Assembly (NCBI GenBank): GCA_951406725.2
Contig: OX597822.1
Location: forward strand, 79,360,001 to 79,424,000
From: Octopus vulgaris
Taxonomy: Eukaryota
Direction of reading: 5' to 3'
DNA: 64,000 nt
The position numbers and the translations under genes were made by a program. Below are positions 1-12,429 of the stretch, piece after piece (within the stretch, counting starts at the first letter, position 1; every line of letters begins with the position of its first letter). The notes beneath the pieces are model-generated. The model ran no database searches, had not been told where the DNA came from, and worked only from the letters and a program-made list of their open reading frames with translations.

Positions 1-110
1 TCTATCTATCTATCTATCTGTCTGTCTGTCTGTCTGTCTACTTAACTATCTATTTATGTATCTGTCTATCTGTCTATCTATCTCTCTATTTGTCTGTTTG
101 TATGTCTGTA

Positions 111-155
<45 letters not shown>

Positions 156-257
156 ATATCTCTATGTGTGTCTGCCTGCCTGTCTGTCTGTCTGGCTCTT
201 TATATATGGTTTCAAAGCGAGCTTCTTAACCACACAGTTATGTCTGCACCTATTAAA

Positions 258-478
258 ATATTGGTTTCAAATTTTGGTAAAAGGCCAGAAATTTAGGGGA
301 CAGTGAGTAAGTTGATTACATCAACACGAATGCTCAACTGGTACTTATTTCATTGACCCTAAAAGAATGAAAGGAAAAGTTGACCATGGCAGAATTTGAA
401 CTCAGAACATAAAGATGGGTGAGATGCCACAAAGCATTTTGATCAATGTGCTAATGATTCTGTCAGTTCACTGCCTTT
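258..478 (-). mobile_element. Diverged SINE family A copy
   Basis: Contains 'aactggtacttatttcattgaccctaaaagaatgaaaggaaaagttgacc...aatttgaactcagaac', a degenerate reverse complement of the family A body at 19998. Confidence 0.7.
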
Positions 479-1443
479 ATACCTATTAAAATATTAAAAA
501 ATAATTATTATCCTTGATTACAGTTATGAGGAGTAATTATTCATGCTGCATGTTTATAGTTTGGTGGACTCCACTGTTCTTTTCTACTCTCGGCACAAGG
601 CCCAAATCTGGCCTTTCACACCTACCTTACAATGTCATTCAGAAAAATAAATAGTCACTACATACCCTACTGTGCCATTCTTAAAATAAACAACCACATC
701 AGTGAAATCTAAAAGCCATGAGATAATGCCTGATTAATTTAAAGCAATATGAATAAATAAGCATTACATTTGACAGAGTAATCTGAATGCTAAAGAGTTA
801 AATATCAAACCAATTGATAAATAAATAACAAAGAAGTGAAGTGAAGTAAAAACCTCTGTGTGTGTGTGTTTATTAGCATAATGGCCTTCCCATGATACAA
901 GAAAATAGGTTTCAACACATGAATTCACATCAAGAAATGTGATAATATTGATAATGGATTAGCAGAAGGGAATTATGGGTAATCTTTTTAAAAGTAACCA
1001 GAAGAGAGAGAGAATGGAGAAATTTTGTAAATTCTAAAGGGACACTTTAAGAAGAAAATAAGTAAATATATGAATATAAATGTTCCCATTAAGTAATAAT
1101 AAAATTATTGGTAAATGAATTGAAAATGGAAAGATGGTGGGGTGGGGTGGGGTGGGGGAAGATTAAAGAAGACAAGGAGATATTCTGCAAAGTGCAATGG
1201 GACAGCTATAATAGAGTAAATTGATGCACATGTGTACATATGCATGTATGGAAACATGTAGATGTGCACATGTGCATGCACATACATGAGTACATCCATA
1301 TTCACTCACCTGATACATCTATGTGCGTGTGTGTTTGTATACATGCAAACACACATAGACACACACATACACATATACATATTTCTACATATATATGTGT
1401 GTGCATGCATGTATATATATGTATATATATATATATATATATA

Positions 1444-1479
<36 letters not shown>

Positions 1480-1523
1480 TATAGATCTATATATACATAT
1501 ATATATATACATACATACATACA

Positions 1524-1606
<83 letters not shown>

Positions 1607-1985
1607 TAGCATCTAAGCCTGATTTAACCCGGAGTGTTTGGATGATGTGGCTGTGATCGTTTTTGGTTAGGCATAATCTATAATAGCGTTTCTCAACCTT
1701 ATCATTTTGGGTCCCCTGTTTCGATTGGAGCTTTCAGCTGTATGAAAATTTCCTGACTACCCCCTTGTCAGAAAACAGCTTCAGGAGTTGTGAAGAACGA
1801 ATTTGTATGTAGTCTGTTTCTGAGAGCTATTCTATTGGACCTCTGTTTAATCATTAAAACATTGATTTAATTATGAACATAGAACAAAATTATACATTAA
1901 TCCCTATTTTTGTAAGTAGTTGTATCTGTAAAAATTTTATTTGCAGAGAGCAGAAATTGAAAGAAGATACATTAAATGGACGTGT

Positions 1986-2080
<95 letters not shown>

Positions 2081-2723
2081 TGTGTGTGTATCTGTGTATG
2101 CATGTGTGTGTGCGTGCATGCTTGCGCATGTGTACGTGTTTATGATAGTTGATTTATGGAAAAGCTTATGTTAAATGTTTGAAATGCAAATATGTGAATG
2201 AAAATTAAGTTCAGACCTCTACATGATAGCTATACCTGGTAGAAATAGCAGCCAAATTTTCCTCAAAACACCCTACTGTCTTAATCCGACAATTCTGCCT
2301 ATTATGTAGTTTGAATGAGAAACTGTAACTAAAGATTAAGATTATTAACCCCACAAAGAGGTGAAAGAAAAGAGACAGCATAGCAAAAGTTTTGGCTGAC
2401 TGTCATCCTGTACTCCCCTTGTTGCTAGCGAAATGGTATATGCCAGCTGTGTGAACAACTGGTTGTTTTAATGGTGGAACAAAGGGGGGAATTCCATTAG
2501 AAAAAAGTTTTAATCGATTTTCTTGGTAACAATGATGGATAGGAAAAAAATACAAACCACATTCCAATCTATATACCCGTCTCCACATGTGTACCATTTT
2601 TCATGCAAATCCACCCAACCGTTTGGCTGTGAACCTCAAGACAAGAAAGAATACCACGATCGTCCATGTCCAATTTATATTTTAGATAAATACATACATA
2701 CATACATACATACATACACACAT

Positions 2724-2804
<81 letters not shown>

Positions 2805-2820
2805 TAGCTACATACATACA

Positions 2821-2881
<61 letters not shown>

Positions 2882-4039
2882 GTATGTATATATGTATATA
2901 TATATATATGTATATAGATAGATAGATAGATAGATAGCTACATACATACATACATGTGTGTGTGTGTATGCATGTGTGTACATCTACTTGCATGTTTACA
3001 TCTGTCTATACACACACACATGCATACATATGCTGCACACATTTCCAAACAAACACACACAAACACACTAATCTGTGTGCATTTGTGCAGAGTCAAATGC
3101 ATCCACTCACGATTCATTGATCAGAGAGAACAATTACAAGTGACAGGACGACTGATGTAGGTGTTTTATCAACTATTTTCTCAGTGGTATTACGGTTAAG
3201 TTAGTTGTTGTTAGTGTTGGCGAGGGTGGCGGCGGCGGCGGCGATGGTGGTGGTGGTTGTAGTGGTGATGGTGAGGGTGGTTGTGGTAGTGGTGGTAGTG
3301 ATGGTGGTGAGGGCAGTGGTGGTGGTGGTGGTGGTGATCGGGAGAGTGGTTGTGGTGGTGGTGAGGGCAGCAGTGGTGGTGATGGTATTGCTGATGCCAG
3401 TGGGAATGGTGGTAATGGAGGCAATGATGAGTGTAGAGATGGTGTTAGTAGTAATGATAGTTATGGTAATTCTACTAGTAACATAGTGGTGGTGGTGGTG
3501 GTGTTGATAGATGAGGTGGAGTGGCAATAATGATGCTTGTTGTGATGATAATGGTTGTAGTGGTGGAGAAGGTTTGTGGAGATGGCAATGTTGGTGGTGG
3601 TAATGCAACATTGTTTGAATGGCAATGTGCTATGATGAGGGTGGAGGCAGCTGTTATGATGGTGGTGTTGGTGATACTGTTAGCTAGTGTCCTTGAAAAG
3701 ACTTTAGGATACTAGCTAGCATCATCAATTAACTGCTATTTCTAGCTGGTCGAATGACTGTCTAGAACAGTACTTCTTTACCTTCTTAATATCTGGACCA
3801 GGTCCCAAACCTGGATTTTTTTTAGAGGGCTGCAACAAAAAATATGAAATACAAGTCAATTAAAGAAAAATCTATCATATTTATAGAGGGAAGACTGTTG
3901 AGGGCCACCAGAAGGCTGCTTGAGGGCCGAATGTGTTCCTAGGAGCCATGGTTGAGAACTGATGGTCTAGAAGCTTCCTTTTGTGCTCAGTGTGATAGTG
4001 GCAATGGAAACAGCAGCAGCAGCAGCAGGAGTAGTAGTG

Positions 4040-4085
<46 letters not shown>

Positions 4086-4318
4086 CAGCAGCAGTAGCAG
4101 CCGCAGCAGCAGTAGTGGTGGTGATGTTAGTCTGAAGTTGGTCCTGTTGTAGCAGGCCTTTGTACGGCCTTGATCATTCCATCTTTGACTCAATTATAGT
4201 ATATCTTGGACTACTTTATCAAATGTGTCCTTACAAAAGAAAAAAACATCACTTTATGGATGTGATTTGAAAGAAAGAATTAGCTGCTGTTTCTGGCAGG
4301 TCGAATGGCTCTCTAGAT

Positions 4319-4467
4319 CATGTAGGGGCAACCTTTTTCAAGAAGTGGGCTGTATGAGGCGTAAAGCATCATAAAGAGGGCTGCACTTCTAAAAAGAATT
4401 GAAAATAATTTTTCCTTAGATGTGCCAACCAGAATGTCCCGTGGGCCACAGTGTTTACCCATCACTG
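4319..4467. mobile_element. Short hAT/Charlie-like MITE remnant
   Basis: CA...TG termini ('catgtaggggcaac' / 'gtttacccatcactg') flanked by 8-bp 'ctctagat' / 'gtctaaat', resembling the NTCTAGAN target of Charlie elements. A similar remnant lies at about 3799-3964. Confidence 0.45.
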
Positions 4468-4521
4468 GTCTAAATGTTTCCTTTTAGGCTCAGAGTGTTG
4501 GTGGCTGGCAATGGAATTAAC

Positions 4522-4558
<37 letters not shown>

Positions 4559-4564
4559 ATTGTT

Positions 4565-4601
<37 letters not shown>

Positions 4602-5794
4602 CTGCAATACTAGAACTGAAGTAGATGAACCAGTATTGGAAATGGCAGTGTTTGTGTCTGTTTTTGGTGGTGCTGATTGTGATTTTGGTGAATGGTGATG
4701 TGGTGGTGATGAAGATGGAGAGATGCTAATACTAAAGTGATGAGGAATAGTGTTAAGATGTAAGCTATGGCTACAATGTAATGGTGGTGACGGCAGCAGT
4801 GGTGGTAGTAGTGGTGGTTATAGGATGGTCGAGTTGGGGAGGTTGGGTTCTAGTTGCATTGTTTCTACAAGGGACGTGGGGGTGGGGGTGGGTGTCGAGG
4901 GGTTAAATCTTATTTAATTATCTTGTCTGCTTTTAGTTTCATTGAACCGAACATTTTCTATAGAGATTTTGAGCACTTTGGAATTAAAATTGTTTTGAGA
5001 AAAAATTCCAAATTGAAAATGGCACAAGCCAACTTAGTTCTCTTTCTCTCTCTCTCTCATTCTCTCTCTCACTCTCTCTCTCCTCCCCTCTCTTTCTTTC
5101 TCTCTCTCTTTTCTTCTCACACACTCTCTCACTATATATTTATACATAAGTATGTGTATGAATATACACATGTACAAACATATATACATATGTATAATAT
5201 ATATACATATATATATAAATATATGTGTGTGTTTGTGTGTATGCACACATGTATATATAAGTGTATGTATAGACATATGTATGTGCATATACATGTATCT
5301 ATGTACATACTCATGTATGTATATACAATAAGAATTCGTTAGTTGAGAAAATTAAATTATATACAAAACAACTAGAAAGATGAGAAATAGCCAGCTATAC
5401 ATACGCTCACAGATTTACTTACAAACACTGACACACAACAACAGAAATGTATGCCTCTCTCAATCTTTCCAACTCTTTCGCCCTTTCTCACTCATTCTCA
5501 TGCTTTCCCTCTCTCACTATAGTTAAGTTGGTGTACGAGGGTGCAGTAAGCTCACTTTGTTAAGGCACCCCTCTCGGAGAAGACTAACTTGTATGCAAAA
5601 CCTGCTGCTCTGCTGAGCCGGGTATTTTTCACTTTGCTTGTCTCTGAGTTCCTTGGTATTGCTTGTGAGACTTGTGATGTTGTATAAATCGCCATCAACT
5701 TTAAACTCTTACATGTATCAGTGATGGTCACGCTCGTCCAACGAGAAGACAGCCATCACGCACACACACGTACGTGTGTGCGTGTATATATATG

Positions 5795-5884
<90 letters not shown>

Positions 5885-5924
5885 TGTGTGTGTATGTCGT
5901 TATTAATGTATATGATGTATATTG

Positions 5925-6530
5925 CCTTGCTCGGTGCTAATTTTTACCATTGCCATACCCGACGTTAATTGTTATCATTGCCATATCCGACGCCAATCTT
6001 TACCATCACCTTCTCAACACTAATTTGCATCATTGCTCTTCTCATTTCTAATCTTTACTATTGATTTTCTTGACCTCAGTCATTAGTATTGCCGTTCCCG
6101 TCACTAATCAATACCATTGTCATTCGTGACGCTAATAGCTACTATTACCATTCCCAACGCTAATTGTTGCCATTATCATTGCTGACGCTAATTGTTACCT
6201 ATGCCATTCCCAACACTGATGAATATTATTGTTTTCTCGACGCTTATCTCTACTGTAGTATTCCCGACGCAAATTTTTGCTATTGCCTATATGATCCTAG
6301 TCATTATCATTGCAGTGCTCATTCCCGACGTTAATCATTACCCTTCTCATTCTTGATGTTAATCGTTACCACTGCAGTTCCTATTCCCGACGATAATCGT
6401 TACCTTTGCCATTCCGAATGCTAATCTGTAAAACTAACCGTTGCCATTCCCCACGCCAATCTTTCCAATTGCCTATCTGTACAATTTATCTTACCATTGC
6501 CAACGATGCTAATCGCTAGCATTACCTTTC
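5925..6530. repeat. Degenerate 28-bp minisatellite, about 20 copies
   Basis: Unit is approximately 'tgttaccattgccattcccgacgctaat'. The (c/t)taat-like anchor recurs at 5937, 5965, 5993, 6020 and 6048 (spacing 27-28). Confidence 0.85.
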
Positions 6531-6876
6531 CTCTGTGTGTGTGTGTGTGTTGGGTGCAAGCATGGCTATGTGGTTAAGTACCTTGTTTCCAACCACATGT
6601 TCACGTGTTCCGAGTTCACTCCCACTGTGTGACATCTTACTCAGGTATCTTCCACTATAGCTCTGTGCTTACCAACGCTTTGTGAGTGTATTTCGAATAC
6701 AGAAACTGAAAAGCTTCCCGTCGTATGTGTGTGTGTGCATTGGTGCCGCTTTCTTTTGATATTGCGTTATAGTTGTTAGTTTCCTCCGTTTCCAACCTTC
6801 CGTGAAAACCATTCTGACCAGGAAAGAGGTGAGGGTTATCGACGTACGTACATGTAATTCTTTGGACTAACAATGT

Positions 6877-6971
6877 TTGCGGCTGAAGAGAGCTTTAAAC
6901 CATCTTTTATATCAATAATACACTGATGTAATAACGGATTGTTTATAAAGCTTGAAGCACGTGTACCGCGA
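6877..6971 (+). ncRNA. Type I hammerhead-ribozyme-like motif, one core substitution
   Basis: ttgcgg-CTGAAGA-gagcttta...taaagctt-GAAG-CACGTG-TA-ccgcga. Stem I, stem II, palindromic stem III and a GUA site are all present; GAAA reads GAAG. Confidence 0.7.
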
Positions 6972-7104
6972 TATCCTTTCTGTTCTGTTTCTAATTTATA
7001 TTTGATATGTATGTATGTACAATGTACGTATAAATATATGTATACGTCTGTGGGTGAATATGTGCGTGTATATGGGTATATATATGTGTATATATAAAAC
7101 GACG

Positions 7105-7167
<63 letters not shown>

Positions 7168-7419
7168 CGTTTTTAACATCTACTTTTCCCTGGCTGGAGC
7201 CACATTATTTTTCTGTTGGATACCTTACACGTCGACAACCCCCAACTGTTTCCTGGTCAGAATGGTTTTCGCGGAAGGACACACACAGCTATGACGCAAT
7301 GCCAAAACAAGGTGACACCAACTCAGGCGCGCACACGCACACACACACACATGTACATCCATCTATCTATCCATCTTATATATATATATATATATATAAG
7401 AGAAGGAAAAGAGAATGGA

Positions 7420-7764
7420 GATTGAGAAATTAATTGTTTATTATTAACAGCAAATTAATCATCATCCCTTACAGCTGTTTCAATTAATACTCAGTAAATA
7501 CTAAGTAAGTATTACATTTATGTGACCTGACCATAATATTTTCAGAGGGAAAAAAATATACGCTTGGATGTTTTATATGTGCTTATAGCTATAATGAATC
7601 CATAAATACATATAAAACATCTATGAGTATATTTTGTCCCTCTCAAGATATGCTCAGGTCATATAAATTTAATATTTACTTAATATTTACTGAGCATTAA
7701 TTGAAACAGCTGTAAGAGATGATGATTAATTTGCTATTAGTAATAAATAATTAACTTTCCAATC
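7420..7764. repeat. About 345-bp inverted repeat with a degenerate hammerhead motif in each arm
   Basis: 'cagcaaattaatcatcatcccttacagctgtttcaattaatactcagtaaata' mirrors 'tatttactgagcattaattgaaacagctgtaagagatgatgattaatttgcta'. Confidence 0.9.
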
Positions 7765-7915
7765 ACCAATCAGAATGGTTGGCGTTAAGAAGGACATCCA
7801 GCCGTAGAAACCATGCCAAATCAGACTGGAGTTTGGTGCAGCCTTCCAGCTTGCCAGTCCTAGTCAAACCGTCCAACCCATCCCAGCATGGCCAACGGAC
7901 GTTAAATGATATATG

Positions 7916-7970
<55 letters not shown>

Positions 7971-8119
7971 ATGTGTATATATAATACATTTTATTCTTTT
8001 TTTACTTGTTTTACTTGTTTTACTTGTTTCAAGTATCAGACTGCGGTCATGCTGCAGCACCACCTTGAAGAATTTTTGTCGAAGAAATCGAGCCCAGTAG
8101 TTATCCTCTTTTTAAAAAG

Positions 8120-8322
8120 CATGATGAGGTCTGTTAAGCATTACTCCTGGAAAGAAGAGTAAAGGGCAATCAGACCAAGAGGCAAGCAAAGAACGCAATG
8201 GCTGGACAATATCCCGAGCCGGTTGAACGAGAGTACCAAGGCAGCTGGAGAACTGAATCGGTGAAGACTTTCGTGGTTGTGTCATCGATGCGCTGCAAGC
8301 GTATCGATAGATAACGACGACT
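8120..8322 (+). mobile_element. RTE-clade LINE 3' end remnant
   Basis: Encodes RPRGKQRTQWLDNI, the typical RTE ORF C-terminus; homologous to 26666-27500. Confidence 0.7.
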
Positions 8323-8427
8323 TATTCGATTGGTTTCATTTTGACGGACTGTTACGGGGATGTAAACAATCCAACACCAAGTGTCAAGCTATGGTGAAGG
8401 ACAAGCTCAAAGATACACACACGCACA

Positions 8428-8464
<37 letters not shown>

Positions 8465-8784
8465 CTATACACACGACAGGCTTCGTTCAAATTCCGTTTG
8501 CCAAATCCACTTGGAAGCCTTCGGTAGGAGTTGTAGCAGAAGAAACTTGTCCAAGGTGCCACTCAGTGAGACTGAACCCAGAACCATTTGACTGGAAGCA
8601 TAGCTCTCCCCACTCAACCACGTCTGCGCCTATTACATACAACCACGACCGCGCATATTTCTACATATATCATATATGTATGATATATACATATATGTAT
8701 GATATATATATGTATGATACATATATATATATATAAATATATATATATGTGTGGCTGTGCGTATCCACACACCATACACACTCC

Positions 8785-8823
<39 letters not shown>

Positions 8824-9236
8824 GTGTGTGTGTGTGTGTAACTCACACATACAAAAGCGTGCGTGCACACACATTAATAGATAGTATCAGCTTAGTGATT
8901 GCTGGTCATGCAACACATCAATATAAATAGCTGTGATCACTGCTAGACGAACAAATACGTTAAAAATTATCTCATTAACTGAGACAAGTCTTTCAACAGC
9001 CCTTGTGTCTTTGGTTTTTATCTTATTAAGATGCGGTGCCATTTGGACTCAATATGATGATTAGATAATTAATATGGCAGCATTGCGTGCTTAATTAGAC
9101 AGGATCTGTAGTAACGAAACACTGTCTACTTGACTACTTGACTTTTCTATGTTCTGCATACTTGTGCAAGCAGGAGAGCGAAAGGCTTGTCTCTTTCTGC
9201 GTTTGTTCCTGCGTTCATGTGTGTGTGCGTGCGTGC

Positions 9237-9303
<67 letters not shown>

Positions 9304-9304
9304 T

Positions 9305-9604
9305 GTGAAGGCGTGTGATTTAGTGGTTAGGGCATTCAGCTTACGATCGTGATGTCGTGATTTCGATTTCCGGCGGCGCGCTGTGTTCTTGAGCAACCAT
9401 CTTATTTCTTTTTACTCCAGTCCACTCGGCTGGCAAAAGAACTGGCTTTGTCACATTCTGTCTCATGCTGAATCTCCTCGAGAACTACGTTAAGGGTACA
9501 CGTGTCTGTGGAGTGCTCAACCACATGCCCGTTAATTTCGTGAGCAGGCCGTTCCGTTGCTTGGATCAACTGCAAACCTCGTCGTCGTAACCGACGGGGT
9601 GCCA
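9305..9604 (+). mobile_element. SINE with family C head and tail X
   Basis: tRNA-like head 'gaaggcgtgtgatttagtggttagggc...tttcgatttcc' plus 'gtgttcttgagcaa'. The 3' half matches the tail of the element at 44626-45007. Confidence 0.75.
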
Positions 9605-9949
9605 GTTAAATAGATTTGGGTATGTGTAGGCACAGGCGTGGATAATAAGTGCAGACTAGCTCTGTCGTTGAGAAATTTGCTTCCCAATTTGCTTGGTTTT
9701 TCTGGGAGCCCCTTTTAAAGTAGAAGGAATAGCTAAGATTTTTTGACTGCTATTTCTAAACTTCGGTATGTGGTGAAGCAAATCTTTGCTGAACCCTAAT
9801 TATAAAGTATTACTTAAGCTTACCATGAAATGGTCTTTTTCATGCCGAATTCTACTTGGTGAAATTACTGATTACTTCTTAATTAATTTTACCCTTTGTA
9901 TATATATAGAGAGAGATAGAGAGATAGATATAGTTTTGAAATTTATAGA

Positions 9950-10068
9950 AAAGCAAAAGACGAAGACAGTTGTACGAACAAGTAACTGTATTAGTTTGAT
10001 GCTCAGGAAAAAGAATCTTTTACGTTTCGAGCGTACGCTCTTCAACAGAAAGGAATAAGAGAAAATAA
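9950..10068 (-). mobile_element. Putative Penelope-like terminal repeat fragment with a minimal hammerhead variant (10017-10052)
   Basis: Reverse strand reads cttt-CTGTTGA-agagc-gtac-gctc-GAAAC-GTA-aaag; flanks resemble 18282-18472. Confidence 0.6.
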
Positions 10069-10218
10069 AGCCTAGTACTTATTCTATCGGTCACTTTCGC
10101 CGAACCGCTAAGTTACGGGGACGTAAACACACCACCATCGGTTGTCAAGCTATGTTGGGGACAAACATAGACACACAACCACACACACACACTAACACAC
10201 ACACACACACACACACTA

Positions 10219-10302
<84 letters not shown>

Positions 10303-10468
10303 CGACGGGCTTCTTTCACTTTCCGTCTACTAAATCCACTTACAAGGCTTTGGTCGGCCCGAGGCTATAGTAGAAGACACTTGCCCAAGGTACCACGCAG
10401 TGGTACTGAACCCGAAACAGTGTGGTTGGTAATTAAGATACTTACCACACAGCCATTCCTGCGCCTAA
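10069..10468 (-). mobile_element. SINE family B copy, 3' end missing
   Basis: Reverse complement of the head and body at 22796, including the internal (TA)n/(TG)n block. Confidence 0.85.
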
Positions 10469-10937
10469 TATACTGATTTCATATAAAGCTGAACCCATAT
10501 GTTAATATTCTCCTTTCTTTGTAAGCTCGTCTGCTCATTCAGCACTCTCTGCATAAACCAGTGAGCAAGAAGCCGGAAGCTCTTTTATGCTGACGCTTTT
10601 CTCTCTTTCTTACAGTTCCCAATCACCTTCAGCCGTATCAAAGCGTACATTGGCTACATTCACTGTTGAATCAATCACATTACCAAACAGATCAATACTT
10701 ATAACAACTTACATCATCAGCTATGTATCACATGATTGTTATTGATTTTCCTCCCTCCTTCCTCTGTGTGTGTGTGTGTGTGTGTCAGTTGTGTGTGAGT
10801 GTGTGTGTGTGTGTGTGTATGTGTTGGCGGGGGCAGTCTGTCCTTCGCGATATCGGATGCTAATAATAAATTTCACTTTTTGCGAGTGTTTCTGCTTTAC
10901 AGTTAGCCTGATAAACACACACACACACACACACACT

Positions 10938-11037
<100 letters not shown>

Positions 11038-11302
11038 CACACACACACACATGCACATGTATGAGCACTCGTACACGCATACGTCCGCACACATACATAT
11101 ACAGGCACATATATGCGCGCGCGCACAGAAACACGTGCACTAACACACTCACACACATACACATGTGTGCACACATATACATACATGTATACATTCATAT
11201 GTATGAACAATATATCTATATATAGACATATGTATGTATTTATCTATCTATCTAGCTAGCTAGCTATTTGTATACATATATATGTATATCAATATACATA
11301 CA

Positions 11303-11344
<42 letters not shown>

Positions 11345-11358
11345 CACATATATGTATG

Positions 11359-11395
<37 letters not shown>

Positions 11396-11414
11396 CCACA
11401 TATATGTATGTATA

Positions 11415-11450
<36 letters not shown>

Positions 11451-11706
11451 TGTATGTATCTATATCTATGTGTCTGGATGCCTGTGTGTATGTATGTACC
11501 TACACACGCGCACACACATGTATAGATATATGTGTATATCTATATACATACATATATCTATATATGTGTGTATATATATGTATATATATATATATATATA
11601 TATAAACACATATATATATCTATTTATATCTGTATCAATGTGTCTGACTGTCTGACTGTCTGTATGTATGTACCTACATTCGCGCACACACACGCACACA
11701 CACACA

Positions 11707-11784
<78 letters not shown>

Positions 11785-11998
11785 ACACACGCATGGTGCA
11801 TTGATCTACAGAATAAAAATAGCTATAGATTTTTAGTAAACTGTTTGCGTAGATAGAAACTTGCTGAGAGGAAACTGAATTATATCGATCTCAGTAGGTG
11901 ACTGGTATCTGATTCTATTAAGCTCAGAAAGATGAAAAGCAAAGCTGATGTTGACAGTGCTTGAACTCAAAATCTAATGAGCAGCTACAAAAAAAAAA

Positions 11999-12013
11999 AT
12001 AATAATAATAATA

Positions 12014-12055
<42 letters not shown>

Positions 12056-12183
12056 TAATAATAACACAAAACCCCCCAAATACACTAGACATAACAACAT
12101 GAACTTCCAACCTGTTGTCTTTTGAGGTCTCTGGGTGAGACTTGGAGCCAACTTGTACAAATATAAACCAAAAGTCAAACATA

Positions 12184-12241
<58 letters not shown>

Positions 12242-12364
12242 CTTGTACGCAAAACACTTTCAATACAGTAACCATCAGAGCATCACAGCAAACCACAGCA
12301 CATATCCAAGGCACACAGTGCTGCGCTCGGTAGTGAAGTGAAAGCATGTTAAAAAATAAAACTA

Positions 12365-12424
<60 letters not shown>
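11999..12424 (+). mobile_element. (TAA)n array interrupted by two short retroelement 3' ends
   Basis: Inserts at about 12063-12185 and 12241-12368. The second begins with codons for LVRKTLSIQ-stop, similar to ILRKVLEK-stop at 14484. Confidence 0.7.

Positions 12425-12429
<5 letters not shown>

Noticed and set aside
3173-3715. Pro/Thr/Val-rich ORFs
   Set aside because: Degenerate (GGT/GAT)n low-complexity sequence open in several frames, with no supporting exon evidence.
5925-6530. CRISPR-like 28-bp periodicity
   Set aside because: No unique spacers, no cas genes, and eukaryotic context; it is a minisatellite.
6740-7320. Inverted similarity between 6740-6847 and 7229-7320
   Set aside because: Best explained as two diverged copies of a dispersed repeat in opposite orientation, not a single element.
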